64,000 bases of DNA from Amphiscolops sp. MND2022 (Eukaryota): NCBI GenBank assembly GCA_964187785.1, contig OZ076409.1:46254001-46318000 (forward strand). The letters are read 5' to 3'. A model generated the notes under the pieces. It was not told where the DNA came from and did no database searches. It worked only from the letters and a program-made list of their open reading frames with translations. Below are positions 40,515-53,380 of this stretch, piece by piece. A program made the translations under genes and the position numbers. Each line of letters starts with the position of its first letter. Positions within the stretch are counted from its first letter, which is position 1.

Positions 40515-41550
40515 CTTTTCCAAGCAAGACGTTAGAACAACAGTTCCAACATTTACCATCATTTATTCTTCACGAAATCGACCACAGCTGATTAGAGCTA
40601 TCAATTTTCTTCCAATTGTCAATTTGAATTTTTTTCCTCATAACTTAGTACTTTTTCAGCTGCTTCAAATGCCAAAGTCTGATTTTAGTCGGCGCTTCTA
40701 TGTAATAAACGAGCCCCTCGATTATTACAGTCACTCGTTTTTTTTGGTTTTTTTTAAGACAGACAAAATGCGACAAAATTTTTGTTCAGTTTGTTCAACT
40801 AAACGAAAACCTGGGAAACGCATCTAAGTTATTGCAAAGGGTCCTCATTCATTTTTTACTTTTTAAGCGCAACAAACAAAACCGACTAAACGAGACTAAA
40901 AGGTCACCCCTTTTTTCGTCACTGTGAGACGTTTTTTCCGAACCGCTTTTAATGTTTCCAAAAGATCCCTTTCATTTTTTTTTCATATTTTGTAACAGAT
41001 TGGATGTTAAAAATCTCAAAAAGTCCTCCCTTTCAACTTTTTCAGCACTATGAAACTGTTCAAAATTCTCACTTTTTGTCTGATATTTGGTTTTGTCAAT
41101 ATATATCCAACTATTTTTTCCAATACTATCGGAATTTTCGACGTAATATCCGAAGTAAAGCGCTATATCCGATTTTTTGACGTTATATTCGAACTACATT
41201 GTATTTTGCATTTACCAAAGAGGAGGCCGAGGTTCGTAAACAAACGCTCCTTGTTGTTCCAGCACGCTATATCCGATTTTGTGAAGCGTTTTCGGAGTAC
41301 AAAAGCCACTTTTTTGGTGTTTCGTAACGTCCTGAGCATATCAATTTTTTTGAGCGTTTTGAGCCTTAGGTATAGCGTCGACTTCAGACGTTCTCGTCTT
41401 GTTGTTTTTAGTCGGCGCTTTTCTAGAGAAAAGAGTCGACTATAGTCATGGCTTTTCGTCAGTGTTTTTTTTGAATTTTTTTTCGATACACCTGAATTGA
41501 CCAAAATAGTTCTACCCCAAAAGTTCTACAAAATTTTAAGAAGACGCCAT

Positions 41551-41770
41551 GGGGTACTCGTCGATAGACGACTCAAATGGGATGAACATGCTTTTCAAAA
41601 ATTACCAAGTGCACCAGAACTTATCATCTTCTACACCGAAATTTTCCATACTTAACCACTAAATTAACAAAACTAAGACTCACTAAAACCCTCATTCTCT
41701 CGAACTTACTTTATTGCTCGCCTGTGTGGTATGCTAACATTACTTGTCTCACAGCCTTGGAACAGTTTCA
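41551..41770 (+). mobile_element. Degenerate non-LTR retrotransposon (CR1/L2-like) RT C-terminal fragment
   Basis: Translates to GVLVDRRLKWDEH and LILSNLLYCSPVWY, typical post-RT motifs of CR1/L2-type LINEs; frameshifted. Confidence 0.65.
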
Positions 41771-44261
41771 GTACAAAACCTTGGTCAAATTGTATTCACC
41801 ATTCAATGATCTACTGGAGGAATTTAATCTCCTACCTAGATCCTACTTGGTAGTGAAAAATTACTTCATTTTGTTGTGGAAGGTGGAAAAATCTATGTTG
41901 AAGGTGATATTAGTTTTTCAACAGCAGGTGTCAATACGCGCTCTGCCTCTTTTACATCATTTCAGGTTCCAAATCGAGTGAAGCTTAAATCCAAAAATGT
42001 TTTTATGTCAGAGCCCCACGACTAGACAACCACCCCATCTCTGCTGGAATTATTGACTTCTCATGGCCCCTTCAGAAATGCAAGAAAGCATAGCACAGTA
42101 TCTTGAAAGAAAAAGGAAAAAGTTTCGATGAAAACGTGTCCTGTACTTTTTATTTGAAATTTTTGTCCTACTTGTAGGTGTTAAGTAATACATTTCTAAA
42201 AACCAATTTTATTTCATACTTACAATTTTGATTGTATGCCTTTCCTTATTTTGGAATTGAGTCTTCCTAATCTAATCTAAAGAACATCGTGCACGTATTT
42301 CGTTAGAAAGGAAATGACTTCAGTGACCCGGAAGACACATTAAGTTTCCTGTCAATCAAAACAAACTGTTCAAAGAAACTTCTCTAGTTTTCTAACGAAT
42401 AGGGGGATACTGTTTTTCCTTTGCCCAATTGTTTTCAGCAATGTCTCATTGATTGTTTCGTTTCATCTTCTGGCCTGTCTGCAAACTTCCTCGCAACTTC
42501 CTCAAATTTTAAACATCTTATCACTAAACGAGGTAAGCTGTTTCGAAAGCATAGACTACATAGGATTTTTGGCTCATGGTCGTTATAGCGAACATTTTCC
42601 GAAAAATATCATTTTTTAGACTTTATAGTTTTGAACACGAAAATGGAGTTACAAATCGATGCAGTGTTTATAGTTATATGTTTCTCAACTGAAATTTTGA
42701 GTGTGATTATTCACTGGTTTTTCAGGCAATTTCATTGCACATTTTTAAGGATCTCAAAAAATTAGTGGATGATCATTTTGGTGTTGCGCAAACGTATAGG
42801 TCAACGTTGAGTGTGAAAAATCTGCAGAATTTTGGCAAAATATTTTTTCTAAGCAGCCTGTTTTGATTTTCAACGTTCTGTTTCTCCAGGGCAATTTTTG
42901 TTGAAATGTGGAAAAAAAGGAAATAACGAGAAATTAGTTACCTACTAATCGAAACAGAAAGAAGGCAGCTATGTAAATAAGAACCATTTCATACCTTCAT
43001 GATTTTCACATTGACGCTTTTTTGAGCCAATTTTTCCAAAAATTCTTAATAAAACTTCATCAGGAAGTAGACACTTTGAGTTCGACATTTTGCTTTTTCC
43101 ATTCGGAAAAGGATTTCAACAAGCGGGGTACAGCCTAGTCAACGTCCCGCTAAAAAGAGTGAAACAAAAATAGTTGTTCCAAAAATTTTCAAACTCAATG
43201 CCGAAAAAAAACCCAGAAGGGAGAACCCATAGGACTAAAAAGGCTTTTCTTGCCAGAAATAAAAAAACCAACACTTTTTCCGTTTCGTCACCAGAAACAT
43301 CAAAGAATCAAAGCAAGAATCTTTTTGTGAAATGAAATTTTCCCAAAAATTTGCATAATGCCAACAAAACCCAAAATTCTCCGAGCTTGAAAAGTCTTTC
43401 ATTATCCAAAAATATCAAAAAACCGAAAAATGAAAACTTGGATTTTTTCGAATAGTCGCACAATTCCGAAAACAACAATCAAATTCCATTTAATCCGAAT
43501 AAGTATGTCAAAATACGAATTCAGCATTTTGGCAGTCACTTCGACCGGATTGAAAAAAAAACAAAAAACATGGGAGGAAGAGAGCTTTGCGCAAGGCTAA
43601 ATAGATAAGCGAAAGGGTAGAAATCATAGGAGAATAAGTATCTTACAGCGAATCAATTTTCCTCAGAAAGCTATTCAATTTTCGGAATATGAACGGCCCA
43701 TTTCTCCGTAATGGAACTTTTTCAAGACACAACTGACATGAAAATTCGCAGGGTCTTTTGTTCTACCGATTCATAGAACTTTCACGCTCACTGGCTTATG
43801 TTAAAGACCTTAATTTGACTAAAACAAAACTTACCCTCTCAAAATTATCATTTTTCAAATTTTCGTCGAAGAAAAAACTATCGAAAAACTTTCCGACAAC
43901 TAAAAGTTACACCATGGTGAATTCCAACCTTGTGTATATTTTTTTCAAAAAGTAGAACGCTTCGATAATTGCGCTGAAATAAAACGCTTCGAATAAAACA
44001 ATTGAGAGGGATATCACACTCTCAGACGGGAAGATTTTAAGTGTTAGAAAAGATGTCTATCAAGGCGGGATATATTCAATCTTTTCTTCTCAAAATTATG
44101 TAATCCAGTGAATCATACATTTAAAAGTCAATGTGTTTCAGTTAGTTCATATAGTAGTTTGATGAGTCATTTATGACAGGCTCCACCCCCCCCACGCTGC
44201 AAGAAGGAGAGAGGGGCAAGGCGACTATGTGGTGAAGAAAAATGATTGAGCGAGCGAACCG

Positions 44262-47200
44262 TTACGGGGCGAAAACAGGGGAAAGCGAGACGGCCGGGCG
44301 TTCGAAAGTTCCGTATGCTGTTTTAACAGTGCACACTCGGGTAACTCCATCTTTCCCAGGGTGGGTGGCTGTTATTTTTCCCAGTGGCCATATGCCTCGA
44401 GGAGTGAAGTCTTGCAGCAACCATACAATATCGTTAACTTTGAGAGGGGACGTTGCTTTGTTCCATTTCTGTCGTCGATCCAAAGTTGGCAAGTACTCCT
44501 TCAAGAATCGTTTCCAAAAGTGGTTTGAAACTTTTTGGACTTCTTTCCAGGAATTGAAAAAGAGCGGTTTATCTGTTTCTTCAAAAACAATCGGTGGTAT
44601 GTTTGCGAATGGGCGGTGTAGAAGGAAGTGGTTTGGTGTTAGAGGTTCTTCATTTTCTGGCTGGTCGTTGACATGGGTGAGTGGTCGCGAATTCAACATC
44701 AGCTCGGTTTCGGCTAAAATTGTCGTGAAAAATTTGAGCGTCAGTTTTTGGGATCCAAGGATAATCAGAAGTGTTCGTTTTGCGGTCTGGATCATCCTTT
44801 CCCAGGGACCACCAAAATGAGGCGCAGAAGGAGGATTAAAATCCCAACAGATTTCTTCTGCGTGAGGAATTTTATTCTGAACAGCGGCGATCCCATCGTT
44901 CAGACAGGCTTGCAGTTCACGGCGCGCTCCGACAAAGTTCTTGCCGTTATCGGAACGCAGTAGACGCGGTTGTCCTCGTCTGGCAATGAAGCGGCGGAAT
45001 GCATTCAGGAAGCTGTCAGTAGTCATGCTAGAGCAGGATTCGAGGTGGCAGGCGCGGGTGACGAGACAGTTGAAAATGATGCCGTAATGCTTTTCAGTCT
45101 TACGGCCGTTGACAATGAAGAAGGGACCGAAGAGGTCAACTCCAGTTTTTTTGAACAGGAACGGTGATTTCGGGCTGGGAAAGCGTAGTTGTGGTAACGG
45201 AGCCATTTCTGGTTGGACGTTTTCAGCACGAAAACGGCGGCAGATAAAACAGCGATAATTGATTGAGCGCAACGCGGCTCGGATACCGAGAACTTTGAAT
45301 CGTTGTTCGACAAAAGCTTTAACGAATTCGGGTCCGGCATGACAACAGATTTCATGAGCGTGCTTCAAGTAGAGTTTTGTTATGGGCTCCTTCGATTCAA
45401 GGAGTACAGGAGTACGAATTGCTTGAGCGAGCGGTGCGTATACGAGACGGCCATGAGAGCGCAAGAGGGAATCTTGATCGATGAACGGTCGGAAAGGTAT
45501 GAGTTTGTCGCGCGAGGTTGGATCCAGATTTCGACGCAGCTGATGAAAAGTAGAGGCAAACGACAAAGATTGCGATTGTTTGATAAGCGCATGATTGGCT
45601 TTGCGAAAGTCTTCAGAGATCAGTGTTGAAGGTGAAGTCGGTGAACGAAGGCGACGGACGAAACGAAAAACGTTGGCGACGACTTTTAGTAGGTTGCTCC
45701 AGGTGGAAAAACGTTCAGTGTCGAAAAGGACTGACTTTTGATCAATAACGATGGCTGTACAGGTTGTTTGCGGTCGTTTGGGCCATTTTTCGGCCGATTC
45801 ATTGAGAAAGGATGGACCTTCGATCCATTTGGCGGGAATTTCGTCGGGTCTGAGACCACGGGTACCGTGATCTGCAGGGTTTTGTTTGGTTGGAACGTAT
45901 TTCCAGTCCAGCGGGTCAGAATGTAGAGTAATTTCATTGACTCTGTGGGCGACAAAACTCTTGAGTTTGTTCTGTCGCTGTATCCAGTCCAAAACGACAC
46001 AACTGTCGGTCCAGAACTTCACAACTGGGAAGGAGCAAGAGAAGGCGTTACGGACGAATCGGAGCAGACGGACTCCAAGAACGGCGGCTTCAAGTTCCAG
46101 TTTTGGAATGCTTTTTTGCTTAATCGGGGAGACACGGCTCTTTCCGATGACGAAAGTTTGTTGAGCTGACGTATGCGAAAAAGTTGGTTGACGAGCATAA
46201 ATGACAGCGGCGAAAGCGGAATTGGATGCGTCTGTAAAGACGTGGAGTTCCACGGTTGTGGCTGATCGGAAAGCACGGCGAGGTACGGAGACAGTCGGCA
46301 TTGCGCGGTAACAATCAGTGAGTTTGTTCACGGAGGTTTGGATGTGATCGGGAATGGCCTGGTCCCAAGTTTGACCAAGTTTCCAGAGAGATTGAAGGAT
46401 TATCTTGAATTGGATCACTAGCGGTGATAGTAAACCGATTGGGTCGAATGTTGATGAAACTAGGCTGAACAGTTGTCTGAGCGTGGCCGGATTATCAACG
46501 GACTTAGGTGGCGGTGCGGTGTAAGAGTCAGTGCGAAGACACCACGTTTGACCCAAAACCTTGGTTTCGGATGCAGATTTTTCACGGTCTTCGGTGGGAA
46601 TGGAGGACAGGGCATCACTGTTATTGGAGATAAACTTTGTAAGACGGAAACCTCCACGCTGGAGGACGGTACGTAGATCGTTTGTCAATTGACGGGCGGC
46701 GGCTGGTGTTGAAAAGGATTGGATGAAGTTATCCATGTAAAAATTGTTAAGCACGGCTTGCAATACGTCGGGGAATTGGGAAGCGAGATTTTGGGCGCAA
46801 CGGCGGAGTACGAATATGGCGCAAAACGGAGAGCAGTTGGCACCAAAGATGAGGCGGATGTATTGGTATTGGACTACGTAATTATCGGATATCCAAAGGA
46901 AGCGGAGGGCTGATTGATCTTCAGGGCGGATTGCGATTTGCATGAACATTCCTTCAATGTCGGCTAGGACACCAACGGCGTGTTCACGGAAATGGAGGAT
47001 GAGTTCGAGCAGGTTTGCAAGAAGATCAGGTCCTGCGAGAAGATTGGAGTTCAAAGATTTATTTTTGTACTTCGAGGCAGCATTTGCTACACGACGGACT
47101 TTCCCGGGTTTGTTAGGGTTTTCTACGGGATGAGTTGGTAAGTACCAAATTTTTTCAGGCGGCGGATTCTGCATTACAACGGGCGTAACGTACTGTTTCT

Positions 47201-50200
47201 GAAGATCTGTGGTAAAAGTTTCGTCGAATTTTTTCTTCAGTTCGGGATTGCGAGTTAAACGTTTTTCGAGAGAACGGACACGGTTGAGAGCGGCGTAGTA
47301 ATTGTTCGGTAGCTGAACGTCAGTTTTCCACGGAAGACCAATTTCATAACGTTCGCCGTTGTGGCGACACGTTCGTTCAAGTGTTTGGAGGGCTTCTTTG
47401 TCGACATCGGAGAGAAAGGATTCGGCGGGTTCACTGGCTGTTTTTTCAATTGACCAATATTGTTCAAGCATGTCAGGTGGAAAGTGATCGGGATCGTTTC
47501 GGTGGATTTCGGTTGCGGCGAAAAGGACGAAGTTTTTTCGAAAGGACGATTTAGTTCGTTTACGATGCATGAACTCGCCGGCGATGGTCCAGCCGAGTTC
47601 AGTGCGGAGACCGGCAGGTCGGTTGGGAGATCCTCGGATCCATTCTAAAGCGTGTGTAAACTGTACGCACGATGTTCCAAGAAGAACGCCGATGCCTCCT
47701 TGTCAATGTCGGCGAATTTGATGTGGCGGAGTATTGAGTTCGATTGGCAGATGCTATTCAGATCGGAGATATTTGCCGGGGGAATGTTGAGGCAAGTGGT
47801 TGTATAGGCGTTTTTAACTTCGAATTGTGTTTCATTGTCGGCGTAGGGGGCAATTTTGAATGCGGTGGGACGGACGGAAAAGGAACGAGACAAGTTCATG
47901 AACTGAACATCTAAATCAAATTGTTGTCCAGTTTCTAAATCCAGAGAGCGGCTGATGCTATCGAGGACGTATGTTCCTGTGCTTCCGAAGTCGATCAAGG
48001 CATAAGTTTCAAAAACTTTGTCTCCATTGAGTAGGGACACGGGAATGACTTGAAGTAGGGCAAAAAGCGTTTTCGGAAACTGTTTATTCTCTGGGTCAAC
48101 ACTTGCGGTAGCATTGAACTGTGAGGGGTTGAACTGATGTTGGCGAGAGTTGTTGTGAGAACTTTTTTGAATTGCTGGGGCAGCATTTGTGGCGTTGGGG
48201 CGGTTTTCGGGAGCTTGTGTGGATGCTGGAGCAGGCTGTGGTTTGTTCGGATAAGTGTTTTTCACGTTGGGGCGTTTGTTTTAGTAATCAGAGGTGTGGA
48301 GGGACGTGTGGTGCAGAGCACCGCAGTTAGGTTTGAAGCAGCGGTTGGACGAGGGGCAGTCTTTTCTCAAATGTCTCTGACCGAGGCAGTTGAAACAGAG
48401 ATGCAAACTTTGAACATGGTGTATCCGATCTTGGATGGAAGAGTCAAGATATTGCGGACAGCGAGTGATCGAATGATGTTGGTGGCAGAGAGGACATTCA
48501 TTTTGTTTCTTTTGGGTATATTGCGAGGGAGAAGATGATCCCGGGAGCGGGACAGATGGTTTGTTTGGTCGGGGGAGGTTCGGTTCGACAGCTTCGAGAA
48601 CTCTGGCTTGAGTCTCCAGCCATTGCAGAAAATCAAGCAAAGTCGGTGGAAGGATGTTGTTTTTGACGGTGTGTTCTGTCCATTTGAGAAGGAGATTATG
48701 CGGAAGTTTCTCTTTAGCAATAGTGAGTACTGTTGATGATTGAAGGTCGGCGGTGAATCGGAGGTTGATGAATGTTTGGACGAGTTGTTTTAGGAATGTA
48801 AAGAAGGAAACAAGTGTATGAGGGTTCTGGGATGAGATGTGGGCCCAGTTTTCAAGGCGGTGTATGTAGACAGTGACGATGTGTTGTGGAGAACCAAAGC
48901 GAGATTCTAGTTCAGCCAAGGCAACGTTGTAAAATGCAGGGTTACAAGAATAACCTCGAATAAGGTCTTTAGCTTTGCCACTGACTGAGTTCTGAAGATA
49001 GGTAATTCGGTGTGTTTGGGATATGGAAGTGTTGTCGTGGACGGAGGCCTTGAAAATATTAATCCAATCGTGGAAAGCGAGTGGATCACCATCGAATTTG
49101 GGTATTTGGATTGGCGGTAGTTTGATGCAGGCGTTACTCACATACTGCGGAGGTGGATGGGAGCGCCAGTGTGATGTGAGCATTTCAGGCTGTGATACTG
49201 GTTGAGCGGTAGTATATATGTTTGAGTTCGGTTGAACAGGAAAAGCAAGCGAAGTAGTAGCTGGCGTATATGGAGACGGAGCAGTTGGGCGGCTGGCATG
49301 AACGGAATGGAGAGAAGCTTGAGCAGTCTGTGTCGGACGGAAAACAGATCCTACTAGATTGTGTGGTGTGAGAAACTGTTGGACGAGTGGCGCTGAAACG
49401 ATAGGTTGTGACGAGATCAGGTTTGATTGCTCTAGTGGGAATTGTTGATTGGCATCTGAGCCTTGATGAAGAGAGTGGTTCTGTGTTGTCGGCATTGCTG
49501 GCACGGTATGGTTGATGGCAAACACTGAAGAGTTTGAAGGGCATTGGTGGTAGTTGTTAGTGTAGGCGATGTGACTTTTGGTGTAGTATGGGTCAACTGT
49601 TGTAGAGAGTTGTAGCGGTTGCGTTGGATTCGCGGGAAGAATGGTTTGGTGTTCTGTGGGCGGCAGAGTGGGTGTTTCTTGGTATTCGTCGCAATAGGAC
49701 TGCTGAGGTCGGCTTTGACGTACTTGTGAAGTATCAGTCATTTCCATGTTGAACGTTTGAGCAGGAGGTTCATCAGCACAAAAGTTACTACGGTCAGCAG
49801 ATTGTGCTAAGTGACGAGAAAGTTGTTCGGCAGTAATATCGAGAATGTTGGCATTCGGGTTGTCATGTGAAGAGGCAGAAGGATTCTGTTGATGTGGGTG
49901 GTCGACAGCTTCTGTTGGTCGTCGTGTCGTTTCTTCTTCGAAGTGGCGATGAGATCCTGGAACTGAGTCTGACAGATGGCTTCGGAGGGAAATATTGTCT
50001 CTTTGCATTTGTCGAGAGCTTATTTTGTCTGCGTAATGAAGGACAAGGATTGATGCGTCAGCTGATTTCTGCAAGTATGGCTCTAAGTCATCAAGAGTCA
50101 TGTGAGCTGACAGCTGCTCAGCAAGGTTTTCAAGTTTTGAAGCAACTGTTTTGAGTGCTGCAAGAATCTCATTCAGCTGAGTTGGAGTACTATTGAGATC

Positions 50201-50293
50201 CAGTTGAGATGCTAGATAATTGGATGAGTTCGTGAATTTGATGTCGTGCAGCTTGAATTGATTCTGCAGGGTCTGCTGTTTCGGGTTGATCAT
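44262..50293 (-). pseudogene. gag-pol: Bel/Pao gag-pol polyprotein of B2, broken by a stop at 48281-48283 and a frameshift near 47700
   Basis: KLPPIQIPKFDGD gag motif, triple Cys/His knuckles, ALIDFGS protease, RT (ADIEGMFMQI; YMDN instead of YMDD), RH (VFTDAS), IN (SDNGKNF, PWERMI). Confidence 0.92.
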
Positions 50294-51054
50294 CTTCGTT
50301 GTTCTGTGGTTAGTTGTAGAAAGAAAACAGCACACGGAACTTGCTTTATCCGTTCGTAAACGCGTGAATGGCGAACACACCTTTGAATCTAAGAGAAACT
50401 ATCTCGGAGCGCTAGTTTTTTTGGGTGTTAGCGGAACAGAGACGAAGCGTGCGAACCGTAATTCGATCACAAAGACGCTAGCGAGAGCCGAAAAAGGAAT
50501 TGAAGATCTGGACGAATCAGGACGCACCTAGACCTGAAAGACCAGCAGTGTATGCTGTGGTAGAGCTACGGCGACGGACGCAACTTTTTGGTTCCTACCG
50601 ACTTTATGAGAATGTGACTATCTACGATATTGACTTTACACTCTAAGATACTTCAAGTAAACTTTCTTGCCTAGGGGAAGACTTAGTTTGTTATTTCCAG
50701 AAGTTTCCTTTCTGAGACAACCACTTGAAACTATATCTCCTAATCAGAGAAGTGAGGAACGAAGGTCAAGAAAAAAACGCAAATATTGTGCTTTTTGTCG
50801 AGGAAAGCTGAGAAAAAGGTTTACAAAAACTACCCAAGCACTCTCCTTAGTGCAGCAAGGGTTAGGGTGAAAAGAGTTTTTTGGGAGTTGTCATTCGGCG
50901 TAGATCCCATTAGTCAGCAGAAAGGGTCTTTAGTAGAAAACTGTAGGCGTCAAAAACTCGGATCGTAAAAAAGTGGCATCAAATCGTGTTCAGGATTCTG
51001 GCAAAAAGTCGGTAGAGAGCGTTCATAACCACTAGTCGTTGCAAAAAGCAGTCT

Positions 51055-51152
51055 TGAAAAACACTTCGTAGAAGGGGCCTTGAAAAAAAAGGCTTCGTAG
51101 AAGGGGCCTCGAAAAAAAGGCTTCGGAGAAGGGGTCTTGTAGAAAAAAAGGT
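51055..51152. repeat. ~28-29-bp tandem repeat x3 in the B2 leader
   Basis: AAAAAAGGCTTCG(T/G)AGAAGGGG(C/T)CT(T/C)G units. Confidence 0.8.
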
Positions 51153-53380
51153 TTCTCTGACAAGGAACGAACTAACAGGGTTTTGCAGGATGAGAAGAAA
51201 GCGGGGTCCAGTTCCAATCCAATAAAGTTCTTTTCCCAGGAGCGCCAATTGTTAGAAAAGATGTCTATCAAGGCGGGATATATTCAATCTTTTCTTCTCA
51301 AAATTATGTAATCCAGTGAATCATACATTTAAAAGTCAATGTGTTTCAGTTAGTTCATATAGTAGTTTGATGAGTCATTTATCAATAAAACGCTTCGAAT
51401 AAAACAATTGAGAGGGATATCACACTCTCAGACGGGAAGATTTTAAGAAACCCGTCAGTTCAATCAAGTTTCAGTGTGATTCGTCGCGAAAGGCTTGCTT
51501 CGCTTACACTACTCCCTCGACGGAAAGTCAATAAATAGTCGCGTTCTAAAAAGCGCCAACTAAAAAGGGTTCAAAGCAAGGAAACTAATTTTGAACGTTT
51601 TGAGATATCAAATCATAGTTTCTGCTTCAATATTGATTTCTCCAATACTTTAAAATGTTTCGTCAGACGAGGGAATTTTACAAGTTGACTATTAATACTA
51701 TTAGTAACGCGGACAGTCACCTTTTTGCAACCAGATTACCTACAGTTTGTTCATTATGTGTAATTTGATTTCCTCTCTTACTTTCAGCAGCTAGCAAAGG
51801 TCTTCATAGTCCACGTTTTTGGAGAAAAAGCACGACTTTTTCTTGAGACTTTTCCACGTTTTCTTGAGAAACCCTGTTCCTTCCTCTTTTACGGAGAACA
51901 GATGGAGCGTAACTATTAGTCATGCGGTAAGACCATTCGGCCTAGCCAGCACACTGTCTTTGAATCGTTGACGTTATATCGGATGTAAGTTGCGTTTCAC
52001 ACTAGAGGAGGTGGGGAAAATATTGCGCTACATCAAGAACTCAACGTTAAATGATTCGACCCACGCTGAAAAACGCACTATTGAATTCCAGTTTTTTTGT
52101 TTTCATAGAAGAATATCCGAAGATTTAGAAAACTTTATTTAGAAAGATCACTCTATGTGATGTCTGTGGCCAAAATTAATGGAAGATATTTTTTTCAGGA
52201 AACCCGGAACAACATAAGTCGGTGCCCCGCCTAGGGCTCAAGAAGCACTAAGCGGTTGAATTCGTTAAGGAACTGTTCCTGAAACAAAATTTCATACTCA
52301 CAGCGCCAAAAACACTCAAAAGGGACCCTATAGGCTCAAAACTTTCAAACTCAAAATGGGAGAAACATCAAACGGTGACTTTTTAGTGGAATGAAAAAAT
52401 TCAAAGAAAGTAACACATTGCCGGAAAAAAAACAAGGGAGGGACTTTTTCGTCTCCTACGAATATTTTTTTGAATTCTAAAAATGAGGCAAAGAAAGCCT
52501 TTGGCAATTCTGGATGCACTTTACAGTTTTCTCCACAGAACCAGAATCGCATGTGCGGTAAAGGAGTCGGAAAAGGATTAAAATATTCAAAAACAAAGTA
52601 CTTTATTATCATTCGATCATTTAGGAATAATTTTGGCCATGATCCCAGTCATTCGATTTTGATGCCATTGCGCACACAGGAGCACCTTTGGGTGTGTTGA
52701 AGGTTCTGACAAGCAGCGTCGAAAACAAATTATGAAAGGACAGGAACAAATAACAAAAAACTGTCCTCCGCTTGAAATTTAGTGTTGTACGACTACTCTT
52801 GGCAAAAATCAGCCTTCTAGAGAGCAATTTAGGAGTTCAAACTAAAACGATAATTGCTTACTGTGTTCGTCTGGTTCGTTAGATCCCTCAATTCGCTGAA
52901 TCGAACAAACATTATTGAAGCCGAGCCAGGAACGCCATACTAGCCCCCCTCAAGGCTCAAACCGCGCAAAGTACTTTAAATTGCTTCAAGCTTTTCCTCC
53001 AAAAATCTGAGCTCAATTATAATTCAACGAGGACTTAAAAAAATTATTTCTAAATGAAAACACAAAACAAAACGAAGAACTGAGAAAAACTCGTACAGTT
53101 CAAAACGCTCGGTGTCGAAAAAGCGCATGAATCAATTTGAGTGAATAATGTCAAAAAAAATCAAATCTTTTGTAACTTATGGAGCCTTTCGATTTTAGAG
53201 GTTGCAAAGATGTTTTTTTTGTTGATTTTGAAAAAAAACCAGAGCCGCATATGTGGTAAAGGAGCCGGCTTAGGTCTGTTTCCTTCTGACTCGCTCGAAT
53301 CCCAGTCATACTATTTTGATGAAATTGCACACCCTAATACGGTGTAGAATGACTGTAGAAAACTTGTTCGAATCGTATGG

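Larger units (their letters stand above)
44042..51382 (-). mobile_element. Bel/Pao LTR retrotransposon (element B2), full length, with 137-bp LTRs
   Basis: LTRs at 44042-44178 and 51250-51382 (outer end clipped). PBS-like TGGCGCTCC 2 nt inside the 5' LTR; G-rich PPT next to 44178. Confidence 0.93.

Noticed and set aside
46730..46745. YMDN as a novel RT active-site variant in B2
   Set aside because: The relative B3 has YMDD and B2 carries other disabling lesions, so this is most likely decay.
43978..51447. Permuted (split) direct repeats suggesting a DIRS/Ngaro tyrosine-recombinase element
   Set aside because: The element encodes a DDE integrase and has a PBS, PPT and TG..CA LTR; the extra repeat is better explained as duplicated flank.
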